A stretch of DNA of 64,000 bases from Chiloscyllium plagiosum (taxonomy: Eukaryota), in contig NC_057718.1 of the NCBI RefSeq assembly GCF_004010195.1, positions 24,066,605 to 24,130,604 on the forward strand, read 5' to 3'. The notes below the pieces were generated by a model. The model ran no database searches and had not been told where the DNA came from. It saw only the letters and a program-made list of their open reading frames with translations. Positions within the stretch are counted from its first letter, which is position 1; each line of letters starts with the position of its first letter. Made by a program: the position numbers and the translations under genes. Shown piece by piece: positions 25,750 to 38,460 of this stretch.

Positions 25750-26260
25750 CAACAAAAATAGAAATTACTGGAAAAATTCACATCTGGCAGCTTCTGTGGA
25801 GAGAAAGCAGAGTTAACATTTCGTGTCCAGTGACTCTTCAAAACCCCCTGCTTTAGATATATTGAACAATCCTGGCAGCATTTTGAGAGAGGAACAGTTA
25901 AAATTTCAGGTTAAGGTCTTTTCATCAGAATGGTGGGAAAAGAAGTAACAACTTTTATGTTAAGTAGGGAGGATGAAGAAAAAATGTCAGTGAAGGATGG
26001 GGTGGAATACAGGAGATTCCTAAATGATTTTACGGGGCAGAAACAAAGGGAGAAGTGATGGGACAAAAATAAACCAACGTGAGATAGGTGCAGAGGAGTT
26101 GTGAATGGCAGAATACTGAACAGCTGCTGTATGAAAGCATATGAGAAAAGCAAGATGAAGATAAAAAATTACAAAGGAAAAGAAGCAAGGTCGGACAAGG
26201 AAAGATGAGTGATTGAGACTATGATCTGAAATTGTTAAAGTTGATGTTAAATCTGGAAAA
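25750..26260 (-). mobile_element. Penelope-like 3' region with two tandem terminal repeats
   Basis: Two related units (25750-25845 and 25860-25932), each with a hammerhead-like core on the minus strand, followed by a purine-rich stretch. Confidence 0.55.
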
Positions 26261-26384
26261 TTACCATATGACTGAGGTTCCACTTCATGGAATGGTTGGA
26301 TTCGATTGGTTTACATAATTTATCCTTGTAGTACACATTTTGCCTTTTTATAAATTTATTTAATTTACAAAATTGTCCCCTTCA

Positions 26385-29095
26385 TTTGCTATCTTCCATG
26401 TGTCGATCCAAGAGTTACTTAAATGTTCCTAATGTATCTGACTCTACTATGACTGCTGACGGTGCATTCCGTGCACCCACTACTCTATGTAAAGAACCTA
26501 CTTCTGACATCTTCCCTAAACCTTTCTCCATCACCTTTAAAATTAATCCCCTTCATGATTGCCATTTCTGACCTGGGAAGAAATCTCTGGCTATCCACTC
26601 TATCTACCCCTCTCATTATTTTGTCAACCTCTATCAAGTCACCGCTCGTCCTTCATTGGTCCAATGAGAAATGCCGTATTTCCCTCAACCTTTCTTCCTA
26701 AGACCTCCCCTCCAGTCCGGGCAGCATCCTGGAAAATCTCCTCTGCACCCTGTCTAAAGCTTCCACATCTTTCCTATAATGAGGCAGTCAAAACTGAACT
26801 CGATATTCCAAGTGTGGTCTAATCAAGGCTTTATAGAGCTGCAGCATAACCTCGTGGCTCTTGAACTCAACACCTACAAATGAAAGCCAATACAGCATAT
26901 GCCTTCTTGACAACCCTATCAAGTTGGGTAGGAACTTTTGAGGGATATCTGGACAAGGATTCCAAGATTCCTCTGTTCCTCAACATTGCCAAGAATCCTG
27001 CCTTTAACCCTGTGTTCTACATTCAAATTTGACCTTCGAAAGTGAATTGCTTCATACTTTTCCAGATTGAACTTCATCTGCCACTTCTCAGCCCAGTTCT
27101 GCATCCTGTCAATGTCCTTTTGCACCTACAGCAGCCCTCCACACTAACCATCACACTACCAACTTTCATGTCATCAGCAAACTTAGTAACCCACCCTTCT
27201 ACTTCCTCATCCAATTCATTTATAAAAATCACAAAGAGCAGAGGTCCCAGAACAGATCCCTGTGGAACACTGCTGGTAACCGAGCTCCAGGCTGAATACT
27301 TGCCATCTGCCATGATCAAATTCTGTATCCACTCAACTAGATTTCCTTGTATCTCATGTCTCCTTACTTTCTGAATGAGCCTACCGTTGGGCAACCTTAT
27401 CAAACGCCTTGCTAACACCCACGTACACCACTCCACTGTTCTACCTTCATCAGTGTGTTTTCTCACATGCTCAAAGAATTCAATAAGGTTTGTGAGGCAT
27501 GACCTGCCCCTCTCAAAGGCATGCTGACTATCTCTAATCAAACTATGGTTTTACAAGTAATCATAAATCCTGTCTGTCAGAATCCTCTCCAGTACTTTAC
27601 CCACCACAGATATGAGACTGACTGGTTTATAATTCCCAAGATTATCCTTACTCCATTTCTTGAAACAAGGGAATAACCTTTGTCACCCTCCAATCATCTG
27701 GCACTACTCCAGTGGACAATGATGTAAAGATCATCGCCAAAGGTGCAGCAATCTCTTCCCTTGCTTCCTGGAGAAACCTTGGGTATATCCCATCTGGCCC
27801 AGGTGATTTATCTATAATTTATGATTTTCAAAATTTTCAGCATATCCTCCTTCGTAATTTCAATTTGTTCAAATATATCAGTCTGTTTCACGCTGTCCTC
27901 AGAAATGTCAAGTTCCCTCTCAATAGTGAATACCAAAGCAAAGTATTCATTAAGGACCTCCCCTATCTCCTCCGACTTCAGGCACAAGTTCTGTCCACAC
28001 TCTGACTATCCTCTTGTTCCTCACATAAGTGTAGAAGGCCTTTGGGTTTTTTAATCCTACCAGCTAAAGCTTTTTCATGCCCCTTTCTAGCTCTCCTAAG
28101 TCCATTCTTCAGTACCTTCCTGGCCACCTTGTAACCCTCTAAAGCCCCTTGTGATCCTTGCTTTTTCAGCTTCCTTCTTCCTCTTGACTAGATATTCCAC
28201 ATCCCTTGTCACTCAAGGTTCTTTCACACTACTATCCCTTCCTTGCCTTGGTGGGTCAAAACTGTCCAGCACCATCAGCATGTGCTCCTTAACAACCTCC
28301 ACACTTGTGCATTTCCCTGAGAACATCTGTTCCCAATTTAGGTGCTTCAGTTCCTGCCTAATAGCATGGTAATTCCCTCTCCCCGAATTAAATATTTTCC
28401 AATACCATCTCTTCCTATCCCTTTCCATGAGTATAATAAGTTCAAGAAATGTTCTCCTGCCAAGAGATCTGACACCTGACCTGGTTCATTGCCAAGCACC
28501 AAATCCAATATGGCCACTCCTCCGGTCGGCCTATCTACATACTGCATCAGGAATCCTTCTTGGGGACACCCTGGAAAAAAAAACTGCTCCATCAAAGCTA
28601 TTTGAACTAACGAGGTGCTTATCAATATTAGGGAAATTAAAGTCACCCATGACAACAACACTGTTACTTCAACACCTTTCCAAAATCTGCTTCCCAATCT
28701 GCCCCTCAGTGTCTCTGTTGCTATTGCGGGTCTGTTGAAAACTCCCAATAAAGTGACTGCTCCTTTCCTGTTTCTGACTTTGTCCCATACTGATTCTATA
28801 GACAAACCCTCCTCGACGAGTTCCCTTTCTGCAGCTGTAATACTAGCCTTGAGTAGCAATGCCACTCCTCCACCTCTTTTATACCCCACCCCATTCCTTT
28901 TGAAATATCTAAACCTTGGAACATCCAACCAACATTCCTGACCCTGTGATATCCAAGTCTCCGTAGTGGCCATGACATCATAGTTCTAAATACTGATCCT
29001 TGCTCTGAGTTCATCACCCTTATTCCTAATACTTGCATTAAATTAGACACACTGCAACCCATCACACTGACTGCACCTTTGCCTTATCAAGTGCA
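26385..29095 (-). mobile_element. CR1 LINE ~2.7 kb, frameshifted ORF2 including the APE endonuclease
   Basis: ORFs 28347-28973 (TETWI...RGGGVALL...ESVW...PTGGVAILDLVLGN), 27074-27541 ([12 protein letters not shown]...[18 protein letters not shown]...KFADD) and 26919-27125 (WAEKWQMKFN). Confidence 0.95.
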
Positions 29096-29099
29096 TATC

Positions 29100-31262
29100 A
29101 AGATAGCCTTGGCTGAAAAAAATTAGGGTGAATTCAGAGGTTCTTTTAAATAGATTAAAGGAAAAAGAATAATTAGAATGAGAATAGCAACCCTCGGGCC
29201 AAAGTAGGCATGTATGTGTAGAACTGCAGGAAATTGGCGAGGTCCTCAATGAATATTGCTCCTGTATTTACTATGGAGAAAGATGTGAAGACCTGGGAAC
29301 TTGGGAAGTTAATGGTAATATCTTGGACAGTCCATTATCACAGTAGAGGTGGTACTGGATGTATTACAATGTACGAAAGTTCTGGATGTAAGTTTGTTGT
29401 CTGAGCTGGAAGGTTTGTTTTCAGACATTTTGTCACCGTACTGGGTAACATCAGTGAGCTTCCAGTGATGCACTCGGGTTATGTGCTGCTTTCTATTTGT
29501 GTTTTGGCTTCCTTGGGTTGGTGATGTCATTTCCTGTTCTTTTTCGGAGGGTTGTAAATGTAGTCCAAATCGATACAGTTCCGGTTGGAATGCCATGCTT
29601 CTAGGAATTCTCTTGCATGTCTCTCCTTGGCTTGTCCTAGGATGGGTGTGTTGTCCCAGTCTAAGCGGTGTCCTTCCTCACCTGTATGTAAGGGTACTAG
29701 TGAGAGTGGGTATGTCTTTTTGTGTTTAGTTGATGTATGAACATGGATAAATCTCCTGGTCCTGACCAAATGTATCCAAGAACACTGCAAGAGACTAGAG
29801 AATAAATTGCAGAGGGCCTGGCTGTTATTTTTGCATCATTGTTAGCTACGGGTGAAATTCTGGAAGACTGGAGGGTAGCGAACGTTGTGACCTTATGAAG
29901 GTCTGCAAAGAAAAACCTGGAAGCTGTAGACTAGTAAACCTATAACATATGTTACGTGAGAAGATTCTGAGAGATAAGGTATACCTTGCATTTAGAAAGA
30001 GAGGGTTTGAATAGGAGTATTCAACATGCTTTGTGTGTGGCAGATCATGCCTCACAAATTTGTTAGAGTTCCTTGAAGTGACTAGGAAGGTTGATGAGAG
30101 CAGGGTGATAGATGTAGTCTCCATGGATTTGAGTAAGACCTTTGATAAGGTTCCACATGGTAGGCTGCTCTGGAAGGTTAGATCGTATGGAATCAAGGGG
30201 AGATGGCAAATTGTTTGCACGATTGGCTTGATGATAGGAAGCACAGGGTGATAGTGGAAGGATGCTGGTCAGACTGGAGGCCTGTGACTAGTGGAGTGTC
30301 TCAGGGGTTGGTGCTGGACCCGTTGCTGTTTATTATCTCTATCAATGATTTGGATGAGAATGTCCAAGGTATGATTAGTAGGTTTGTCCATGATACCGCC
30401 TATTTTAGTGTCATCTACAGTGTGACCGGTATTGAAGTTGGACCTTGATCAGCTGGGGACATGGGCCAAGCAATGCCAAATATAGTTTAATACAGGTAAG
30501 TGTGAGATCTTGCATTTTGGAAAGTCAAATCAAGGTAAGAGTTTCATAGTGAATGGTAAGGCCTTTAAGGAGTGTAATGAAACAGAGGGACCTTTGGGGT
30601 TCAGGTGCATGGTCCTCTGAAGATAGGGCAGGGAAGAAGGCTTTTGGCACACTGGTCTTAATCAGTCAAGGCATTCAGTATAGAATTTGGCAAGTTCTGT
30701 TGCAATTTTACAGGATGTTGGTGAGGCTGCACTTGGCAGATTGTGTTCAGTTTTGGTCACCTTGCTATAGGAAGGGTGTTATTAAACTGGAAAGAGTGCA
30801 GAAGAAATTTACAAGGATGTTGCCAGGACTCAATATTCAGGTTATATGGAGAGGTTGGACAAGCTGGGACTTTTTTCTTTAGAACGTGGAAGACTGAGGG
30901 GGGATCTTCTTAAAGTGTATAAGAGGCATGGATAGGGTGAATGCACTCAGTCTTTTTCCCAGGGTTGGGAAATGGAGGACTAGACAGTATCAGTGAGAGG
31001 GGAAGAGTAAAAGGGAACGTGATGGGCTTTTTGTTTTACATCAGGGGTGGTATGCATATGAAATGAGCGCCAGTGGTAGTGGTTGAGGCAGGTACATTAA
31101 CAACATTTCAAAGGCGTTTGGACAAATACATGGAAAGGAAAGATTTTAGAAGAATGTGGGCCAAGTGCTGGGTAATGAGGGTTTGTGTGGCTGGACATTT
31201 TGTTTGGCATGGACTAGTTTGGGCCCAAGGGCCTGTCTCTGTGCTTGGACTCTATAGTGCTA
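29100..31262 (+). mobile_element. CR1 LINE ~1.8 kb, interrupted by a Penelope fragment
   Basis: ORFs 30033-30251 ([11 protein letters not shown]...[16 protein letters not shown]), 30203-30448 and 30553-30882 (CVQFWSP...LERVQKKFTRMLPGL); tail gggcccaagggcctgtctctgtgct. Confidence 0.92.
29381..29732 (-). mobile_element. Penelope-like element fragment (GIY-YIG endonuclease C-terminus plus 3' repeat)
   Basis: ORF 29527-29790 includes HTGEEGHRLDWDNTPILGQAKERHAREFLEAWHSNRN, the H...H.FDW...IL...R.FLEAW pattern of Penelope/Poseidon GIY-YIG domains. The host CR1 resumes at ~29733. Confidence 0.85.
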
Positions 31263-32094
31263 TAAATTACTGTTTGTACCCTCTGTTTTTTACATGAAAA
31301 CCCCTGATTGGTGTTTAATTTGCCAAAGAATCCCATATATACATACACATTATGACCCCCTCTCTGCAGGACTGCAGTTGTTATCTGAAACCGTCCACAC
31401 TCATTCCCTGTTTCGCTGAGTCATAATATTTGAGTCACTGTTGAGAGATGGTTCCCTCAGCTTTTCGAGAATCCTTGCACTGACCTACCGGAATAAGGTC
31501 CTCATTGATTTTGCATCCCAGCCTGTCTTCTGGAGTCATTAGTTTACCCACATGATTTGTCCCTTTTAACAGGAACCATATTGCCTCCCATGCTTTGCCA
31601 GGTATTTTTCAAGGGACCAGCTGCTATCTTTTTTTCTACAAGAGCTCTTTTCCACTGTCCAAAATTCCAGTCAATGGTGCTCTCTATACAGTAAAAATAG
31701 TTTCTCTTGTTTTTGCTTTCAGATATGAATATTTCTCAACTCTTTGTAGTTGATCTTGACAAGGGCTGTTGCGTTTATGATACAGGCATGTTATTGCATA
31801 GAAATCTGAACAGATCACATGATTCATTTGATTTTACCTTTATTTTAAGGAGGACCCAAAATGTCATACAAAAGCTGACAGTTGCAACACCAGGGCAGTC
31901 GAGTGATTAATCAGAATGCACTGATTTGTCAGTGAGCTGAGGAAGAATCAGAGCTAGCATAAGGAATGTTCACTTTTTTTTTTAAACAAAGTTATGACTT
32001 GTAAGGGTAGCGGAAGTAGATTGAATAGTAACATTCAAAAAATAATTGAGTAAATACCAGAAGGAATCAAAATGAATGTTTTGGAGAATGGGCA

Positions 32095-33590
32095 TGTGAA
32101 TTTATTTATTAATGGGGTACGGGCTTCTCTGTCTAGGCCAGTTTTGCCCATTCTTAATTGCCCTTGCAAAGATGAAGTCCAAGTGGTAGTGTCACTACCT
32201 CTTGAGCTTGGAGCCCTAAGTTGAAATGGTGGGTAATATAATCTCTGAGCAGGTTGGTTAGAAAATATCCAAAATGATGAAGGACTTGAACTGTTCCCTT
32301 CCATGTGATGTAGGTACACCCACAGGAATATCCTGGAGAAGTTGCAGATTTTCAAGGTGCTTTAAAAGAAATTTTGGTGAGTTGTTGTAGTGCGGTTTGT
32401 AGATGTTCCACATCATGCATTGCTGCTGATGCTGGAGTGCACCTTGAAAGTGTTCAGTGTGTTAATCGAGTGGGCTGCTTTCTCCCTATCAATCTGAATT
32501 AGGTTTACTGTCACATGGGTACAGTGAAAAGTCTACAAGTTGCCACGTTTGGCACCATCTTGGGTACAAAGCAGAGAAATAAGAAACAGAACGTTTAAAA
32601 TAGATAAACATTACAGTCCTTCCTAAAAGGAACAAACACAAAGAAGCAACTGTTAACAGATCAGTACCACTGTCAGTAAGGGTCTGGCCATGCTGGTCTT
32701 GCACTCCTCTCAGTGCTCAACACTGCCCCCAACACACCCATCATGAACTGCTTTGGGTGTGACCTTGTCCCCACTGCTGCCCTCAGGCAGCTTGCTGTCA
32801 TTGCCTTGCAGCCTGATCATGTTACTCTTGCCACTGGTCACATCAGGCTGCTGCCTTTTGCCGTTGATGCTGAACAGCGCGTTTTTTAAAAAAAAAGGAA
32901 GATGAAAGAGGAAAGGAAAAAGAAGGTCATGGTTGCTGATGACGCTGACATCTCCAGCACATCCATGTAATGCTATTCCCTGCCCTCCTCGGTACTAGTC
33001 TCATCAATCTCCTCTGTACCTTATTCCAAGTCTTCACAACCTTTCAAATGTGTGACACCTGGAACTAGTCACAATCCTGTCGCTGGGGAATAGGATTGTG
33101 ATGCCAGTGCTACGTAAAGTTGATTAATTGGCTGTAAGGAGTGGAGAGTATTCATCGCATTGTTGACCTTTAGTTATGGTGGATAGGCTTTAGGGAGTTA
33201 GAACTTGGTACAAAATTCCCAGTTTCTGATCTGCTCTTGGAACCGTTGTATTTATGTAGCTTGTCCAGTTCAGTTTTTCATCAATGGTAACCCTGAGGAC
33301 ATTGATGAACATTTAATGATGGTAGTAGCATTGAATGGTATGGAGTGATTGATTGATTGGATTCTCCTGTTGGAGGTTGTCACTTTCTGGCCTTTGTGTA
33401 GTATAAATGTTACTTGCTACTTATCATCCCAATCGGAATGTGTCCAGGTGTTGTTGCATTTGGACATGACTGCTTAAGTACCTGGAATTGTAAACTTTGC
33501 TGAATGTTGCATAATCATCAGCAAGAATCCCCATTTTAGATCTTCTAGAGGGAAGATTACAGCTGAAGATGGGTGGGCCGAGGATACTGT
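32095..33590 (-). mobile_element. Decayed LINE of the 21.1-21.9 kb family, interrupted at ~32490-33130
   Basis: Colinear with 21065-21857 (cccattcttaattgcccttg, gtggagagtattcatc, tgtccaggtgttgttgcatttggacatgactgctt). Confidence 0.7.
32490..32970 (-). mobile_element. Non-autonomous Rex/Babar-like LINE derivative
   Basis: Tail tttactgtcacatgggtacagtgaaaag...gccacgtttggcaccatcttgggtacaa is homologous to 48569-48860. Confidence 0.5.
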
Positions 33591-34621
33591 TGTGAGTTTT
33601 GATTTGGAGTCAGAGAGGCTAAGGGTGTGGAAAAGTCTTTGCTGTTTCAGATTAGCCCAAAACAGTGGAAAGTGGTTAAAGTTGTTGATCAATAATTTGA
33701 GTCCCAGCATGTCATTGCTGGATTTGCTTTAGGTAGTGTCTATATGTAATCCTCTTCAGCTGCTTCAATAAGACCTTAACAGGAAAGCTTCAAGAGCCAG
33801 AACAGAGACAATGGACTGTTATTATTTTCTCCATAATCTACACTTGTGAAAATTTGGGCAATTTTGTAAACTTGCAGTATTGGGAGTTTGAGCAGGAGAT
33901 CCAGAAATGAAGTAATGATCCACACAATGCTTTCAGCTGCAGATCTACTGGCAGCTGCCATTTCAGCTCCAGAATTCTCAGCAATTTTTATTGCTGCCTA
34001 ACTATTGCTTTACATTCCATTTTATCCAAAGTGAATGCAAATAAAATATTTTGCTGCATTGCTCAGTTGATAGTTTAGCTGTGAAGAGGCTTTTTGGTAG
34101 ACTCCCAAATTCAGTTTTTTGAGTTTAATTCCATGTATTTCTGTTTTTTATTTCAAAAGAAAAAATGAAATGCTAAATAGCTAATTATTTTTTTCCTGAC
34201 AATATGTCCCGACTGCTGCTGTTTTGGAAGTAGTTTTTGTTTTGGTGTTGGATATCATGTTCAACATCTGCGATCTATTCTGTTGAGGCATGATGTAATG
34301 ACTGGAGGATTACCAGGGTTTAATCTGCAGCCGGCTGCTGGAAACACTTTCTTAAAAGTCTTTAACCTGAAGAGTTTTTTGATGGATTAGTGAAATAGCA
34401 ATTGCTGGTTTCCCATTACATTGTCCGTTTGCAAAACTTCCTTGTCTCGATTATGCTGAGATACTAAAATAAAGCATTCACCTTACAACTGCCCATGAGT
34501 GCCTGGAATGATATTCCTTAAATAATTTGCAAGTCAGTACTTGATTGTTCTTCAAATCGAGAAGTTTTTGATTTTGAGAATATTCCTGATCTAAAGCGAA
34601 TGTTTATTTTGTTTTATATAG

Positions 34622-34766
34622 GGAAACGGAAACCTTGCCAATTTGGGCAGCACTTGAAGAGCCCTCCATTAATATCCAGGAGCTGGAAAATTACTTTTCA
34701 AAATCGGCTGTCAAGGAGAGGAAGAAGCCGATTTTAGATACCTACAGCAAAACAAAAACCAAACAG
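34622..34766 (+). CDS. FMN2: Formin-2-like coding exon, FH2 lasso region (145 nt)
   Basis: Acceptor gttttatatAG|G and donor AAACAG|GTAATG. The first G completes the AG/G Arg codon split by the upstream phase-2 donor. Encodes [48 protein letters not shown], 48 aa, matching the recalled FMN2 segment ...[42 protein letters not shown]. Confidence 0.93.
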
Positions 34767-34802
34767 GTAATGATCTTCTCCTTCACAGAATTTTTTTTTT
34801 TG

Positions 34803-35030
34803 GAATCCCTACAGTGTGAAAGCAGGTCCTTGGCCCCAACAAGTTCACACCGACCCTCTGAAGAATAACCCACCCAGACCCATCCACCTACCCTATATTT
34901 ACCCCTAACTTAATGCAACTAACCTACACATCCCTGAATACTATGGCAATTTAGCATGTCCAATTCACCTAATGCGCGTCTCTGGTTTGTGGGAGGAAAC
35001 TGGAGCACCCAGAGGAAACCCACGCAGACT
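34803..35030 (-). mobile_element. 5'-truncated HE1-like V-SINE just downstream of the exon donor
   Basis: ccctacagtgtgaaagcaggtcc tail through gtgggaggaaactggagcacccagaggaaacccacgcagac (V-domain); no tRNA head. Confidence 0.85.
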
Positions 35031-38000
35031 GGGCTCATGTACAGTACAATATTAAATATTGCCTTTGTTTTCAAAGAACAAATAATCTTAGGTTAGGTAT
35101 GCGTGGTAGGCCATTTGAGAAGCTCTGGGGAATGAGCACAGCTGAATGTAGTTGAAGTTTTCCCTTTCCAATATTGGCTGGTCACCCTGTTTTTCTCCCA
35201 TTGTTTTGAAATTTCCAGCATTCCAATGTTGATGTCTCTGGACTAACCCAAAGTTTGAATATGTCTGCATCCGAAATGCCCTGTTTCTGTCAGTCATCTC
35301 TGTCAAGACACACTGACATCTGATGAAAACACATGGAGGCCACACATGCTCAGTTAAAGATGGAAACCCCTAAGTTGCTCTTGATGGTTCTACGCCTTCC
35401 CATAGGGAGAGCTGTTGAGCCGCCCCCAATCCCCCACCCATCTGCCAGTCTATAAACCAGTAGAAATCACAACTCTTGAAAATCTGCCTTTAAGCTGTTT
35501 GGCTCAAATTTAAAAGTATCTTGATATTGTTTAGAGAGGTGCTCTGGATTTTTGAAGTTGATGTTACTAATGAACACCCACAATTTCCCTGAGGAAAGTC
35601 AAGTTTGTGGAATGTAATTTCTCAATGAAAAGTATATATTTTTCAAATATTTTGAAAGTCTAATATTTCAACTTCTACCCAATCCCTTGTGTATATTCGA
35701 GCGACTTATTTAATTCTGTGAAAAATTCTGATTCACTGATTTGCTGTCTGAGAATACCTCAATGTGGTTAATCTGTTTAAATGTCACCCAAGTTACTGAA
35801 CTCTTGAAGAACCCATTAACTCAGAGCAAGGGTAGGGCTGATATCATGAAAGGGGGAGACCTATACACTCGATCTTTGCAGGCTGCTTTCTTTTGAGGTC
35901 AGCTGGCATCTTTGTTTCACTTCTGTCAGTGCCCTTAGGCTTCCCCTTTTAATATAGAAAATCTTTTAGTTTCGATGAATGTAACAATCGAAATTGGAAA
36001 GTAACAGTTCGAGATGTGATCTTGTTCATTCCTTTAGCTTCCCCTACCCTTCTCTAACAGAAGTTCCTCTGTGACTGATGTTTCAGTATAGTTCAAAATG
36101 TTTCTCATTGTGGCATATGTAAGTATATCGCACTGTAGCTGCCAAATTGAATATGCGGCTCTTAAATAGTGTTATGTGGTAGGAATCATTTACCCAATTT
36201 CCTTCTTTTTCCCTTCCATCATGGATTTTTTTCTTGATTGTTTTTTTTTTGTAAGGGTAGATGAAATGGCCAAGGAGCTAAATAGTACAGGCAGTTTCAA
36301 GATCAGCAGACCTCTCTACAAATATTGATCAAACACCTGAAGTAAAAACAAAAGCACCAAATAATGAACAATGTGATAGTCGCTTGGAGATCAGGCTGGA
36401 CAAGATTCTTGGTGTTTCACACTGATGGAGCTCCCCCTCTCTTGCACCCACGTTGCACACCGAATGGACTGTAGCGGTTCATGAAAGTGAGCTCACTGCT
36501 ACCTTCACATGGGTAGCCGATGAAGGTCATACTTAATGATTTTTCTTTAAAGCAGCCCTTCACGCATACATGAGAAACTGCATTTATATTCCTGAGTCAG
36601 AAGAGTATTGATGATGAAGCTGTCACTTTGAAGCTGTTTTGTAGCTTTGAAGGCACCATCAAATATCTTCTTTTGTTTATGGATTACTGAAGCTCAAAAG
36701 AGGGACAGGCATCTCTGTGGAAGGCAAAATAGTCCTTTGACACTAGATATTCAAGTAGGTGGAATGTCCCCCCCCCCTTCCCCCCGTCAAGATTTTGAAA
36801 ATTTAGACTATTCAGTGAACAAGATTTTAAGTCTTTATGCATCATTCATAATGAGGTCAAGAAATAGGTAGTTAAGATGATTCTGGTAAATCCACATGGG
36901 TGCCAATTAGGAAGAAAATGTAAAGAATGATGTAGTCATATGCTCGAGTGTATTAATACTCAAATGGAATTCTGGGTTGAGCAGTGAGGCCAGGAGTTTT
37001 GGAAATATAAAAGAAGTAATTTGGATTCTAGGTTGTTTGCTGTAGTAAGCAGAAAAGGTAAGCGATTTTATTGGTAGAAGGGTGAGTTAATTAGACCATT
37101 TTTATCAATGTAGTTAGTTGTATGATCATTTCAGCATTATGCTGAGTTTAAATTTCTACATTTACTTCATGTTGGAATTAGTGCACCTAATTATGCTTGT
37201 CTAGTTACCATTATTCACAATGTGAAGACGCTGATGTAAATTACTTGAAGATCCTTTCTACTGGAAAGTATTGACTTAGAGGCAAGATGTCCAACTGGCC
37301 TTGCTCATCCAGTCAATTAGGTGAAAGAAATGTGACCTCGACTGGTATCTGTTGGTCCGCTTTGATCCTCTTGATAGTAAGCAAATCAAGCTCGCTCTTT
37401 CCTCTTGCCTTGAATTGAGTCATGCAGAGATTTGAACTCCACTTTTTATAACGATCCTGTACACAGTCTGTATTGTCGCACTTTTTAGTTTACACAAAGC
37501 CTATTACTACTTTATACTGTTTAACATGTTGACTCACTCACTCATTCAATTTAAACTTGATTTTGCATGATTATTGCCTCTTGATTATTAACAGTCATAT
37601 TAATGATAAACTCCGTGTCTTTAGGATGACTTTAGTTGTGACCTATGACCAACTGACAGGGTGGAATATGAAAAGGTTGTCAACATCCAGCCCAACTTTC
37701 CCTTTCCTCTTGTGACCTCTCTGTAACAGGGCAATTGAGAAAATGACTGGAGAGATGATGAAAACTGAGGGTAAGAGCCATGTGAGTTGGCAAGCATTCA
37801 TGATTGATCGAAGGGATGAAACTCTGTGTGAGTGAAGTAATGGAAATGGCAAACCGATTGGAAGAAATTGTCAAATGGTTTAATGGGAAGTGTAAAAGAT
37901 CAGCCATGAATTGAAAAGAAGAATATCATCTTTCCAGTTTCAGGAAATGTTGTGTGACTGCTTCTGATTCAAAAGTACTTTGCTCCTAAAATATATCAAA

Positions 38001-38364
38001 ACTAGTTTGGATGGAGTGAAGGGTGGTCTTGAATGGTTGAAAGTGGAAACTATCTGCTGTTTTGAAACAGATGGCAGTAATTTTATAAACTATGCACCAG
38101 GATTTCAGAAATTCATCTGTTCCTTGTGTTGGAAAGAGATTTCCAGAGGACTCCCAAATGAGAACTTTGCTAAGGATGGAAGCAATACTATTGTGGGTTT
38201 GAAGTGCAGTCAGGAGACCTTCAGAGTCTTTTGCATTAAGTATTGTGCTTTTTTAAAAATGTTTGGCTAGATGCCCCTTTGTCAATTGTAGATTCCCAGC
38301 ATGTTTTGTTGGCGGTTTCATGTCAATAATAGAACTCTGCCTGTTCAGGCAGTTACATTGCTTG

Positions 38365-38460
38365 AAAATAAAACCAGAAAATGCTAGCAATACTCAGCAG
38401 GTTAGTCAGCATCTGTGCGGGGAGGGAAAAAATGTCAATTCTCTAATCTTGCATCAGAGT
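38365..38460 (-). mobile_element. Decayed short Penelope-derived terminal repeat
   Basis: cagaaaatgctagcaatactcagcaggttagtcagcatctgtg resembles 25750-25810 and 62600-62650. Confidence 0.5.

Larger units (their letters stand above)
16156..34621 (+). other. Phase-2 GT-AG intron (~18.5 kb) of the formin gene
   Basis: GT at 16156 and AG at 34620-34621; the reading frames of the flanking exons join correctly. Confidence 0.85.

Noticed and set aside
34767..34868. C-terminal part of ORF 34635-34868
   Set aside because: Read-through past the GT donor into intron and SINE sequence.
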